The notes under the pieces were generated by a model. That model was not told the origin of the DNA, ran no database searches, and saw nothing but the letters and a program-made list of their open reading frames with translations. 64,000 bases of DNA from Escherichia phage vB_EcoM_11B_SA_NWU. Both the position numbers and the translations under genes were made by a program. The stretch lies in the sequence record OR062527; one strand, 5' to 3'. This document shows positions 30,549-41,279 of this stretch, in pieces. Each line of letters starts with the position of its first letter. Position 1 is the stretch's first letter.

Positions 30549-30741
30549 TACTTATAATTTCAACATCAGCCCAATGACCATAGCAAGGAAGACGAAATTC
30601 AACTGGCCAGTTAGGGTCCTTTTCTAATATAATAGACTTAACTTGTGGTTCTTCATGTTCATCAGTATATGGATTTTTATCTGTTACTTTATATGTGACC
30701 TTAATGTATTGAATTCCAAAAATCTTATTAATTATATTCAT
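30535..30741 (-). CDS. Hypothetical protein (30.x cluster)
   Basis: 68-aa ORF in overlapping operon arrangement. Confidence 0.5.
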   Translation of the reverse strand: MNIINKIFGIQYIKVTYKVTDKNPYTDEHEEPQVKSIILEKDPNWPVEFRLPCYGHWADVEIISIENV

Positions 30742-30935
30742 ACTAATTCCTTTAATCCGTAAATAGGAGACAATTCATCACCCATACGAAGGTCTTCATT
30801 TCCATCTACCCAGGAAACAATATAAGCCTCTTTTATTTGAACACCACTCCATTTAAATGGAGGTAGAACCTTAGAAATTAATCCAGGTATACCAACTCCC
30901 TTTAATTCAACAGTTTGACCTAAAAAGAATTTCAT
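30738..30935 (-). CDS. Hypothetical protein (30.x cluster)
   Basis: 65-aa ORF, ATGA-type overlaps on both sides. Confidence 0.5.
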   Translation of the reverse strand: MKFFLGQTVELKGVGIPGLISKVLPPFKWSGVQIKEAYIVSWVDGNEDLRMGDELSPIYGLKELV

Positions 30936-31222
30936 TAGAACCTCATCTGAAAACCATGCGATTTAACATTACCGCCGCCAATATCAGAAATATTAATTTC
31001 ACGCGCAATCGAAGGATCGATGTCAATTTCACGATTAAGTTTAGCGATAGCTAAAGTATCACGCCCATTTACAGTACGGAACTCTAAAGGACAAACCACA
31101 TCAACGTAATTTTTAATCGATTCACTAGTAGGCTGCAAATGAGCAGGAAGGTCTTTAGGCGCCTTTGAGAAAACCACTTCACAAAAATTTTTGCGGGTGT
31201 CAAAATAAGTAGTCATAAACAT
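30935..31222 (-). CDS. Hypothetical protein (30.x cluster)
   Basis: 95-aa ORF with SD gagg; 5' UTR hairpin at 31239-31254. Confidence 0.5.
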   Translation of the reverse strand: MFMTTYFDTRKNFCEVVFSKAPKDLPAHLQPTSESIKNYVDVVCPLEFRTVNGRDTLAIAKLNREIDIDPSIAREINISDIGGGNVKSHGFQMRF

Positions 31223-31263
31223 AATATTTTCCTCAGTAAGGGGCCAAAGCCCCTCATTTTATT

Positions 31264-31629
31264 TTAAATATCAAATTCATTAAGAACTACATCAAAGATT
31301 GCTTCAAGATGCTCAGGTTTAGCTCTGTTACTCAGAATATGACGAATCCAAGTTTTAACCAAAAGCTTGCGATTAGCACCATTCCAGCAAGGATGAGTCC
31401 CTAAATCGCGTTGACGAAAATCATCATCCAGAGCGATTTTAAAGTTGGAACCTTCCATTGTGATTGAAACCGTGATGCCATTTTCAAATCGCATATAAAC
31501 GTAGTTAGGAGTCATATACTGTTCAATTTCGCATACTGATCCATTTTGATGTTTCCAAAGGCAAATAGTATCAATAGAACCTGCAATACCATTAGAAACA
31601 TATTTACGTTCAAAGTTGATGTAGTTCAT
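31264..31629 (-). CDS. Hypothetical protein (30.x cluster)
   Basis: 121-aa ORF with SD ggaga and upstream promoter-like element. Confidence 0.5.
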   Translation of the reverse strand: MNYINFERKYVSNGIAGSIDTICLWKHQNGSVCEIEQYMTPNYVYMRFENGITVSITMEGSNFKIALDDDFRQRDLGTHPCWNGANRKLLVKTWIRHILSNRAKPEHLEAIFDVVLNEFDI

Positions 31630-31665
31630 TTTTATTCTCCGAGATGTTTAATTGCGGTACAGGTA

Positions 31666-31695
31666 TATAATATCATATCCTGTACCAAAGTAAAC
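31666..31695 (-). promoter_or_regulatory. Putative early promoter GTTTAC-N17-TATTAT embedded in an 8-bp inverted repeat
   Basis: Minus strand GTTTACtttggtacaggatatgaTATTAT; flanking inverted repeat ggtacagg / cctgtacc. Confidence 0.4.
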
Positions 31696-31697
31696 AA

Positions 31698-32030
31698 TTA
31701 TTTTACTACTTTCCAGTGTTGCATGTCAAGTTTACCGACTTTTTTCATCTTCTCAATTAAGCGTTCGGCACGTTGGCGAGCTGTAACATAATGCCATTCG
31801 CCTAATTCATTTTGTTCAATTTTTCCAACGATTACTGTATTCAATTCATAAATCCAACCAGTAAAGAAATTATGAACTTGAATTGTAAAGGTGAAATCTG
31901 TTCCCATACCTTCTGTTGTTTCTACTTCAATAATATCACCTTCAACTGCCATTAAGAACCACATAGTTTCGTTATATTCACCATTGAAGCATTTAGCTTT
32001 AACTGCAGCGTTCAGATTAATCGTTTTCAT
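31698..32030 (-). CDS. Hypothetical protein (30.x cluster)
   Basis: 110-aa ORF with SD aaggaga. Confidence 0.5.
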   Translation of the reverse strand: MKTINLNAAVKAKCFNGEYNETMWFLMAVEGDIIEVETTEGMGTDFTFTIQVHNFFTGWIYELNTVIVGKIEQNELGEWHYVTARQRAERLIEKMKKVGKLDMQHWKVVK

Positions 32031-32057
32031 TTTATTCTCCTTTGTTTGTGTAAAATA

Positions 32058-32086
32058 ATACTATCACAAAGGAACCATACTGTAAA
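32058..32086 (-). promoter_or_regulatory. Putative early promoter -35 TTTACA, 17-nt spacer, -10 TAGTAT
   Basis: Minus strand GTTTACAgtatggttcctttgtgaTAGTAT upstream of ORF 31698..32030. Confidence 0.45.
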
Positions 32087-32106
32087 CAACTTTGTGCAAT
32101 CTTTGG

Positions 32107-32136
32107 AAAATAAAAAAGGACTCCCGAAGGAGTCCT
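32107..32136 (-). terminator. Rho-independent terminator (aggactcc-CGAA-ggagtcct plus U-run on minus strand)
   Basis: 8-bp GC stem directly after ORF stop at 32141; minus strand continues ttttttatttt. Confidence 0.65.
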
Positions 32137-32140
32137 CAAC

Positions 32141-32317
32141 TTATGCTTTCTGCTTACCAAAACGAGAAGCATCATCTCGAAGAACCGCACGTGCTCGGCG
32201 CATGATCTTCTCAACAGTTTGATTGATACGAGAGTTCGACCCACGCTTGTAGCCAGCGCGTTTAGAATCACCAACTTTCTTTTCAACTGCTTTCTTTGCT
32301 TTAACTTGTTTTGCCAT
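32141..32317 (-). CDS. Small highly basic hypothetical protein (58 aa)
   Basis: MAKQVKAKKAVEKK... from ATG 32317; terminator immediately after stop; other-frame ORF 32032..32286 judged spurious. Confidence 0.45.
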   Translation of the reverse strand: MAKQVKAKKAVEKKVGDSKRAGYKRGSNSRINQTVEKIMRRARAVLRDDASRFGKQKA

Positions 32318-32562
32318 TATAAATTCTCTTTTAAATGAAAATGCAGGACTTATTGGCATTGCCTGCGCAAGCCCTCAAGGGGAACATAGGTTTTTGGGTA
32401 TTTAACGACCAGGATAACCATAAACCCGTCATCATTCACATTCAAGAGGTACACCATAAAACTGCCGGGGTCTTAAAACTATAATGATTCGCAAATCATT
32501 AATCAGACAGTTCGATGGCTCCTCGATTTTAGCTCACACTAAGGCAGTGAATCTCCAATAAA

Positions 32563-32811
32563 TTACTTCAATGTTACCACAAAGTGACGAACTGCTTTTC
32601 GCGCAGCAGAAGCCAGAGGCTTAGCATACTTAAGTTCATCTTTTTCCTGAAGCTCAGCAGCTAATGCAGTTTGAGCAGGATTCAAATGTTTGAAATAACG
32701 CAGGATTTCAAGAGCTTCGGCTTCAACATCAATAGATGCGCCATAGTTTTCGTGACCATTATTCCATGCGTTTCGTTGCAGTTCAAGAGCGTGTTGTAAT
32801 TGTTTAATCAT
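32563..32811 (-). CDS. rIII: RIII lysis-inhibition accessory protein
   Basis: 82 aa (T4 RIII length), located just before gene 31 in map order. Confidence 0.65.
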   Translation of the reverse strand: MIKQLQHALELQRNAWNNGHENYGASIDVEAEALEILRYFKHLNPAQTALAAELQEKDELKYAKPLASAARKAVRHFVVTLK

Positions 32812-32950
32812 TTAAAAATTCTCGTTAGAGATTAAAACTCGGTAGTCACGTTCTTCTGAATTTCATCTTCTTTCGACAGATCTCTCAGTTGTAGACTACC
32901 ACGTAGAATTGTTCGGTTAACTTATTATTCCGACACCCAATTCATATTAT

Positions 32951-32958
32951 TATTTATA
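32951..32958 (-). promoter_or_regulatory. Late promoter core TATAAATA (minus strand), candidate for rIII
   Basis: Plus tatttata abutting gene 31 stop; ~140-nt leader to rIII ATG. Confidence 0.45.
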
Positions 32959-33294
32959 TCACTTATAAAGACACGGAATAGCTTTATAGTGACAAGTAAC
33001 GAATTTTTGTTTAATTTCTTTTGGCTGCTTAAGACCCAGAGCTACAAAAGGATGCGGAACATTTCGAATTTGACCAACTGGAAGAGAAGTCAAATCACCG
33101 ACTTCGCAGAAACCTTCAGGAACATCAGGACCAACAGAGTGAACTACACACAGTTCAGGAACTTCACCTTGGACACGTTTACCAATAATAAGTCCTGATT
33201 CTGTAACTTCTTCATCACCGGCTTGCGCAGGTTCAGAAACTAAAATAACATATTCACCGACAGCACGAATTGGTAGCTGTTGTACTTCAGACAT
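32959..33294 (-). CDS. 31: Co-chaperonin gp31 (GroES analogue for gp23 folding)
   Basis: 111 aa; sequence [24 protein letters not shown]... recognised as T4 gp31. Confidence 0.9.
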
Positions 33295-33350
33295 CGTTTT
33301 TCCTTTTTGTTAACAGATGAATTAATAATAACAAATAATTCTTAAAGCAT

Positions 33351-33659
33351 TTATTTACCAATAAATTGAAGTAAATGCTCAACTTTCATACCATTAACAG
33401 AAATCAATTTGTCAATAGAAAAACCTCGCCATGCACCGAGTTCAACATCAAATATCGGAATCATATCAGTAGATTCTTTCCGAGTAGATTCAGTCAATTT
33501 ACCGGTTTGCATAGTTGGCATAAAGTCAGCATCACGAGTGCCTTTCATAGTACGAATAGTACCATCAGACTTTTCAAAAACCACGTTTGAAATACCCATG
33601 GACAATTTAGTTTTCAAAATTTCACGAATTGCTACTTTCTGTTCAGTTGTCAATTTCAT
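33351..33659 (-). CDS. Hypothetical protein (31.1 position)
   Basis: 102-aa ORF in T4-equivalent position. Confidence 0.6.
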   Translation of the reverse strand: MKLTTEQKVAIREILKTKLSMGISNVVFEKSDGTIRTMKGTRDADFMPTMQTGKLTESTRKESTDMIPIFDVELGAWRGFSIDKLISVNGMKVEHLLQFIGK

Positions 33660-33896
33660 TTATTTACCTATTACAGTTTTAATATGGGTTGTTCCACGTT
33701 CTTTAAGAGTGGAAAGCAATTTTTGGCATTTTTCTAAATCAGATTTCCAACTATACGGTCTATCAATACAAACCCATTCTGACTTATAATACTGCTTCCA
33801 TTTAGAGAAAAAATATTTCTTATACTCTACAGCAAATGAAATGTTCTCGTTAGAATAAGAACTAATTGCTGTGAGCTGTACCAAACGAAATTTCAT
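33660..33896 (-). CDS. Hypothetical protein (31.2 position)
   Basis: 78-aa ORF abutting cd. Confidence 0.55.
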   Translation of the reverse strand: MKFRLVQLTAISSYSNENISFAVEYKKYFFSKWKQYYKSEWVCIDRPYSWKSDLEKCQKLLSTLKERGTTHIKTVIGK

Positions 33897-34477
33897 TATT
33901 CACCACAGAATTCGTTGATATTTTCCCAATTTAACTTATTTAAGTTTTTCTTAGGAACATTAAACACTTCAATACCCGCATTTCGCAGAATATCATCCCA
34001 GCCAGGTTTATTTTTATCGTATGTTTCGCAATAAACCAACTTTTTAATTCCAGATTGAGCTATCGCTTTTGCACAATCTGGGCAAGGAGAAAGTGTTACA
34101 TACATAGTAGCACCTTCAATTGAAGAACCATTTCGCGCAGCAAACAAAATCGCATTTAGTTCAGCATGAATTTCATTTTTAGACGACCATTCAGAGTGAG
34201 CGCTACGGTGTTCTTTCGCCAAGACAAAGCGATCAGTTGAACCAAATGATACGCATTCAGGCTTATGGCCTTGAATGATAGTGTGTTTAGGCTTATTCAA
34301 CAACCAACCTTGCTCAGCAGCATAATCACAACAGTTCACACCTCCTGCGGGTGAACCATTATATCCGGTAGAAATAATACGTCCATTCTTTTCAATTACT
34401 GCTCCTACCTTCCAGGAGCAACATTTTGATTCTTGTGATACTAAATATGCAATTTGAAGTACTGTACTCGCTTTCAT
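33896..34477 (-). CDS. cd: dCMP deaminase
   Basis: 193 aa; zinc-binding deaminase motifs HAELNA and PCPDC. Confidence 0.9.
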   Translation of the reverse strand: MKASTVLQIAYLVSQESKCCSWKVGAVIEKNGRIISTGYNGSPAGGVNCCDYAAEQGWLLNKPKHTIIQGHKPECVSFGSTDRFVLAKEHRSAHSEWSSKNEIHAELNAILFAARNGSSIEGATMYVTLSPCPDCAKAIAQSGIKKLVYCETYDKNKPGWDDILRNAGIEVFNVPKKNLNKLNWENINEFCGE

Positions 34478-34812
34478 TTCATAATCACCAGATAAGCAGA
34501 TTTAGCAGTTTCAACACGATAAATTTCGTGACGAAGTTTAGTTATACTTTTAATAACAGAACTAATTATATTCTGCCCATCTTTAAAGCGGTTTTTCTTG
34601 TCAATAAAAATTGCGCCAACCATCTTTTTGTGAAGCTCAACTGGATACTTCGTCACAATAATAGCATCATATACAGAAGGATGAATACTATTTACTAGAG
34701 TGTCATTCATTAAAGTTATTCTAATGAACTGAGCTGTTTCAGAATCAAGCGCTCTATGATCGCCAGTATCATTTTCAAGACAATTATCAATTATATCAGT
34801 TAAATTCATCAT
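34474..34812 (-). CDS. Hypothetical protein (cd.x cluster)
   Basis: 112-aa ORF; five small ORFs between cd and pseT match T4 cd.1-cd.5 count. Confidence 0.5.
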   Translation of the reverse strand: MMNLTDIIDNCLENDTGDHRALDSETAQFIRITLMNDTLVNSIHPSVYDAIIVTKYPVELHKKMVGAIFIDKKNRFKDGQNIISSVIKSITKLRHEIYRVETAKSAYLVIMK

Positions 34813-35048
34813 AGTACGCCATACACCCTTTGTGCTTCAACTAATCCATCAAAATCCAATTTGAGATGTGTTATTTGATCACCATCACCTGGATTCACAA
34901 TTACTAATACTGAACGAGGAGTTTCGGTAATAACACGAACCGATGTTTCAGGAAATCGTTCAGAAACCTTATTTACCAATTCCTGTGCAAATATCTTAAC
35001 TTTTTCTTGGAATTCTTTAACAGTAATCGGTTTTTCACTTAGCAGCAT
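34809..35048 (-). CDS. Hypothetical protein (cd.x cluster)
   Basis: 79 aa from internal ATG 35048 with SD gagga; avoids overlap with upstream ORF. Confidence 0.5.
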   Translation of the reverse strand: MLLSEKPITVKEFQEKVKIFAQELVNKVSERFPETSVRVITETPRSVLVIVNPGDGDQITHLKLDFDGLVEAQRVYGVL

Positions 35049-35109
35049 TTTGTTTTCCTCATTTGTTTGGTAGAGCCATAATATCACAACTCTACCAAAA
35101 AGTAAACTA

Positions 35110-35391
35110 TTAAATTGCCTTGAATTCTGATGTCTGTGATTCAAAGCGAATATCGCCTTTGATGACTAGCTCAGCATCAAGACCAAATACGACAATGATA
35201 TGCGCGGAACCCGGATACAGCGTAATTGCAATAGAATCCACCTGGTCTGGAAGCAAAGTATTCAATACATGAGTCACTTGAGCATGAATTCGAAGCTCGG
35301 CTGCGTTATCAAGCTTTTCAAACATATTATTAGCGATAATTTGACTAAACACTACTTCTACGATTTTAGAATAAGTCGGAAACATATTCAC
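35110..35391 (-). CDS. Hypothetical protein (cd.x cluster)
   Basis: 93-aa ORF. Confidence 0.5.
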   Translation of the reverse strand: MNMFPTYSKIVEVVFSQIIANNMFEKLDNAAELRIHAQVTHVLNTLLPDQVDSIAITLYPGSAHIIVVFGLDAELVIKGDIRFESQTSEFKAI

Positions 35392-35588
35392 CTCACATAA
35401 TTTTCTTCAAGCCAATTAATAACATCCAACGCATTATCAAAAGTTGAACCATCTACTATTTCTTCTGTTTCATAATCAAGAATATCTAAGTCTACTCTTC
35501 CATCAACAATAGGCCATAAACAAAATAGATATTTCTTTTCTTTTTCAATTTTATCACAAAGTTGATAAATCTTTTCTATGTTATTCAT
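35388..35588 (-). CDS. Hypothetical protein (cd.x cluster)
   Basis: 66-aa ORF, ATGA overlap. Confidence 0.5.
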   Translation of the reverse strand: MNNIEKIYQLCDKIEKEKKYLFCLWPIVDGRVDLDILDYETEEIVDGSTFDNALDVINWLEENYVR

Positions 35589-35777
35589 AAGTTTTCCATG
35601 GTAAAGGCAGTTTAGTTTTCTTTACTGTTAGTTCAACATCAGGATTCTTTTCTCTTAATTTAAGACATTCCTCCCAAGCTCTGATTTCACTAGTGAATAC
35701 ACAAAATTGCCCATTACTAGTACCAACTAAACCACTATTTACAATAACAATAGACCAAGTTTCATGATGCCACGCCA

Positions 35778-35778
<1 letters not shown>
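35581..35778 (-). CDS. Hypothetical protein (cd.x cluster)
   Basis: 65 aa from ATG 35778 (TAATG junction with pseT stop). Confidence 0.45.
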
Positions 35779-36999
<1,221 letters not shown>

Positions 37000-37003
<4 letters not shown>

Positions 37004-37230
37004 TTATTTTTCTCAACTAATGATTGAATATAATCATGCAGATCTTTAGACGCCTTAGCCCAATTATTTTGATATTCATTTTTAAGATTAGCACGTGATT
37101 GAGCTAATAAAACATCATTAGTTGGAGGTAAAGATTCTAACCGCTGAATCTGGCGTCCGTAAATCATTGCAGCCATCTCGGATTCATAAATCAATCCTTT
37201 GAGATGTTCAAATTGATGCCATGAAATCAT
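37000..37230 (-). CDS. Hypothetical protein (pseT.x)
   Basis: 76-aa ORF, ATGA overlap. Confidence 0.5.
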
Positions 37231-37526
37231 TTACATTTATCCTCTTTTAACTCTTGACGATAATAACATATCATAGTTTTTTGATCATGTACATATCGTT
37301 TTACATCATTAAGCCAAATACGAAATTCCTGGGAATCTTCAAATGGCATACCGACCCAAGCTTTACCATCAATAACTTTAACTTGCCAAGATAGTTTAGC
37401 TTCGTCATATGACTTTATTTGTACAGGCCAATTAGGATGAACTGTTTCTTTCTTTACTTCTAGAGGCTTTGTCGAACAACCAACTAGAAGACCAATAGAT
37501 AATATTACTGCTGATAGTTTAATCAT
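37227..37526 (-). CDS. Putative o-spanin (outer-membrane lipoprotein, Rz1-like)
   Basis: 99 aa; signal peptide with lipobox LLVGC; immediately follows the i-spanin-like gene. Confidence 0.6.
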   Translation of the reverse strand: MIKLSAVILSIGLLVGCSTKPLEVKKETVHPNWPVQIKSYDEAKLSWQVKVIDGKAWVGMPFEDSQEFRIWLNDVKRYVHDQKTMICYYRQELKEDKCK

Positions 37527-37876
37527 TTAGAAAGGTCCTGGATGTCTTCTGCGAACTTGTTGAAGGAGTTGTTGATTTGTTTTTCAACCAATCCTGGCTT
37601 ACGAGCCACCACATCCGCCTTCTTTGCGTCTTTGCGCAGCTTTTCATTTTCACGCTCAATAGCAGCAATTGCCTCACGATTTTTATTATTCATCGCGTCA
37701 ATATAATTATACTGAATTCGCAAATTATTTAATGCTAAGGCGTTTTCATTGGCCGTTTTTGTAATTTCAGTAACTGATGTTTCTAATCTTTCTACCTTAT
37801 TTTTTAAAATAATAGATGTTCCGCCTAATGCTATTACAATTAATAGCAAACCTGCTGTAGTATTACTTAATTGCAT
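37523..37876 (-). CDS. Putative i-spanin (type II inner-membrane protein, Rz-like)
   Basis: 117 aa; N-terminal TM segment LLLIVIALGGTSIIL then coiled-coil-like periplasmic region. Confidence 0.6.
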   Translation of the reverse strand: MQLSNTTAGLLLIVIALGGTSIILKNKVERLETSVTEITKTANENALALNNLRIQYNYIDAMNNKNREAIAAIERENEKLRKDAKKADVVARKPGLVEKQINNSFNKFAEDIQDLSK

Positions 37877-38370
37877 AAAGTTTTAATAACCTCTACAATA
37901 TCATCTTGAGAAAGACCGTTAATTAAAATATGATGTTCAGCCGGAGATTTAGAAATTTTAAAGCATGCCTCAACATCTTCTGCCATATCCGATGCACTAC
38001 GATTTGGATTACTAATTCCAAGACGATGCTTTCCAGTCAAAGGATTAACGATGATATAGCATTTACAGCTATTGATATGAACATTGGGCTGAGTCTGATT
38101 AATGAACACTTCGCACTCATACTTAGCGAGTTGATTTTCTAAAAAGACTTTCATCTCTTCAACCGCATCAGGAAGCATATCGCGGGCTTGCTCAAGACGA
38201 CGATTTCGATATTCTTTAATGGTAGTTTTCCGCTTGACTTGCTTAGCTAAATCTTTCTTAAGATCGGTGATATATCCAACTCGACGATTTCCTTTGAATA
38301 CAGAAATCCCATCTGTAGTATCACCGTATGCTTCAACGACCATCTCAGTAGTAATAAGCTGCAAATCCAT
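37867..38370 (-). CDS. alc: Alc, inhibitor of host transcription
   Basis: 167 aa (T4 Alc length) between rnlA and the pseT cluster. Confidence 0.75.
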   Translation of the reverse strand: MDLQLITTEMVVEAYGDTTDGISVFKGNRRVGYITDLKKDLAKQVKRKTTIKEYRNRRLEQARDMLPDAVEEMKVFLENQLAKYECEVFINQTQPNVHINSCKCYIIVNPLTGKHRLGISNPNRSASDMAEDVEACFKISKSPAEHHILINGLSQDDIVEVIKTLCN

Positions 38371-38401
38371 TATAAAGTCCTCATGTTATGTCAGTAAGAT
38401 T

Positions 38402-38430
38402 ATTATAACACAACACGAGGGACTTGTAAA
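38402..38430 (-). promoter_or_regulatory. Early sigma70-type promoter: -35 TTTACA, 17-nt spacer, -10 TATAAT (alc)
   Basis: Minus strand GTTTACAagtccctcgtgttgtgtTATAAT; ~90% identical to cassette at 23069-23130. Confidence 0.6.
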
Positions 38431-38434
38431 CAGC

Positions 38435-40022
<1,588 letters not shown>

Positions 40023-40049
40023 AATAAAATGGGCCTTGCGGCCCACTCC

Positions 40050-41228
40050 TTAAAAATATTTTTTAAAACTCATCATAACTTTATCATCAACATCATTATC
40101 AATCTGTGCTACAAGGTAAGATGACAGTTCTACTTCTTGCGGCGCGGATTGAACATTATCAGAATTAAGGTATTCACGAATCCAAGGATATGGATGTTTA
40201 ACCGGAGCATCGGTAATTGGGCATGGAAGACCGCACTGTTTCATACGAGATACAGTTAAGTAATCAATAAAGCTCCACATGCTATTTGTATTTAATCCAG
40301 GAACATCGCCATCTTTAAATAAATGAACTGCCCAGTCTTTTTCTTGGCGGTTAACTTCCATGAAAATATCAACTGCTTCTTGTTCACACTCTTGAGCAAT
40401 TTTAACCCATTCATCGCCATCAGTACCGGATTGAAGCTGACGAATAATATATTGGGTGCCTTTAAGGTGAAGCTGCTCATCACGTGCAATGAACTTCATA
40501 ATCTTGGCATTACCTTCCATGATTTCCATGTTCTTATGGAAGTTAAAGGTACATGCGAAAGATACATAAAAACGAATAGCTTCCAGGGCATTGATAACAT
40601 GAAGGCAGAGATAAAGCGACTTCATCAATGCATATTTACATTCTTCCACATGCATAAGACTATTTGAATATGCATCTAAATCATATTCATTTTCGGAAAA
40701 ACATTTAAAAATTTCTTTTGCATTTTCCCATTCGCGCGTCTTAACCAGAACATCATCATAATAACGACCAATAGATTCAGCACGTTTCATGATAGCTTTA
40801 TCTAATACAATCTCATCAAATACCTTTGACGGATCAGTATAAAGATTTCGCATAATATGAGTGTATGAACGACTGTGAATAGTTTCACTAAAAGTCCATG
40901 TAGCAACCCATGTATCAAGACTTGGGTCTGAAATTAACGACATAAGTACAGCAGACGGTGCACGACCCTGAATGCTATCTAGAAGTGATTGATACTTCAG
41001 GTTATTAGTAAAAATATCTTGCTGATATTGAGGAAGCTTGTTAAATTGCGCAGCATCCATCATTAAGTTTACTTCTTCAGGACGCCAGAAAAATGACAAC
41101 TGCTTTTCGGTTAAATCTTCAAAAACTTTATGGCGTTGAATATCATAACGCGCAATACCAAGACCTGAACCGAAGAACATAGGTTCTTTTAAAACATCAA
41201 CTGGATTTGTATTAAAAACTGTGCTCAT
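40050..41228 (-). CDS. nrdB: Ribonucleotide reductase small subunit, uninterrupted
   Basis: 392 aa continuous ORF with R2 ferritin-like E/H ligand pattern; no intron. Confidence 0.9.
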   Translation of the reverse strand: MSTVFNTNPVDVLKEPMFFGSGLGIARYDIQRHKVFEDLTEKQLSFFWRPEEVNLMMDAAQFNKLPQYQQDIFTNNLKYQSLLDSIQGRAPSAVLMSLISDPSLDTWVATWTFSETIHSRSYTHIMRNLYTDPSKVFDEIVLDKAIMKRAESIGRYYDDVLVKTREWENAKEIFKCFSENEYDLDAYSNSLMHVEECKYALMKSLYLCLHVINALEAIRFYVSFACTFNFHKNMEIMEGNAKIMKFIARDEQLHLKGTQYIIRQLQSGTDGDEWVKIAQECEQEAVDIFMEVNRQEKDWAVHLFKDGDVPGLNTNSMWSFIDYLTVSRMKQCGLPCPITDAPVKHPYPWIREYLNSDNVQSAPQEVELSSYLVAQIDNDVDDKVMMSFKKYF

Positions 41229-41279
41229 AAATTTTCCACTTAGTTAATAGATAGTGACTCGTCCGTGAGTCAAATTATA

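Noticed and set aside
32032-32286. 84-aa hydrophobic ORF overlapping the small basic-protein gene
   Set aside because: It would read through a strong hairpin plus U-run terminator at 32107-32136 and has no SD; the basic frame is better supported
32318-32562. Possible tRNA or other stable RNA gene in the ~245-bp non-coding gap
   Set aside because: Could not assemble an acceptor/D/anticodon/T-arm cloverleaf on either strand; the GTTCGAT-like string lacks a flanking T-stem. Left as unexplained, not called as RNA
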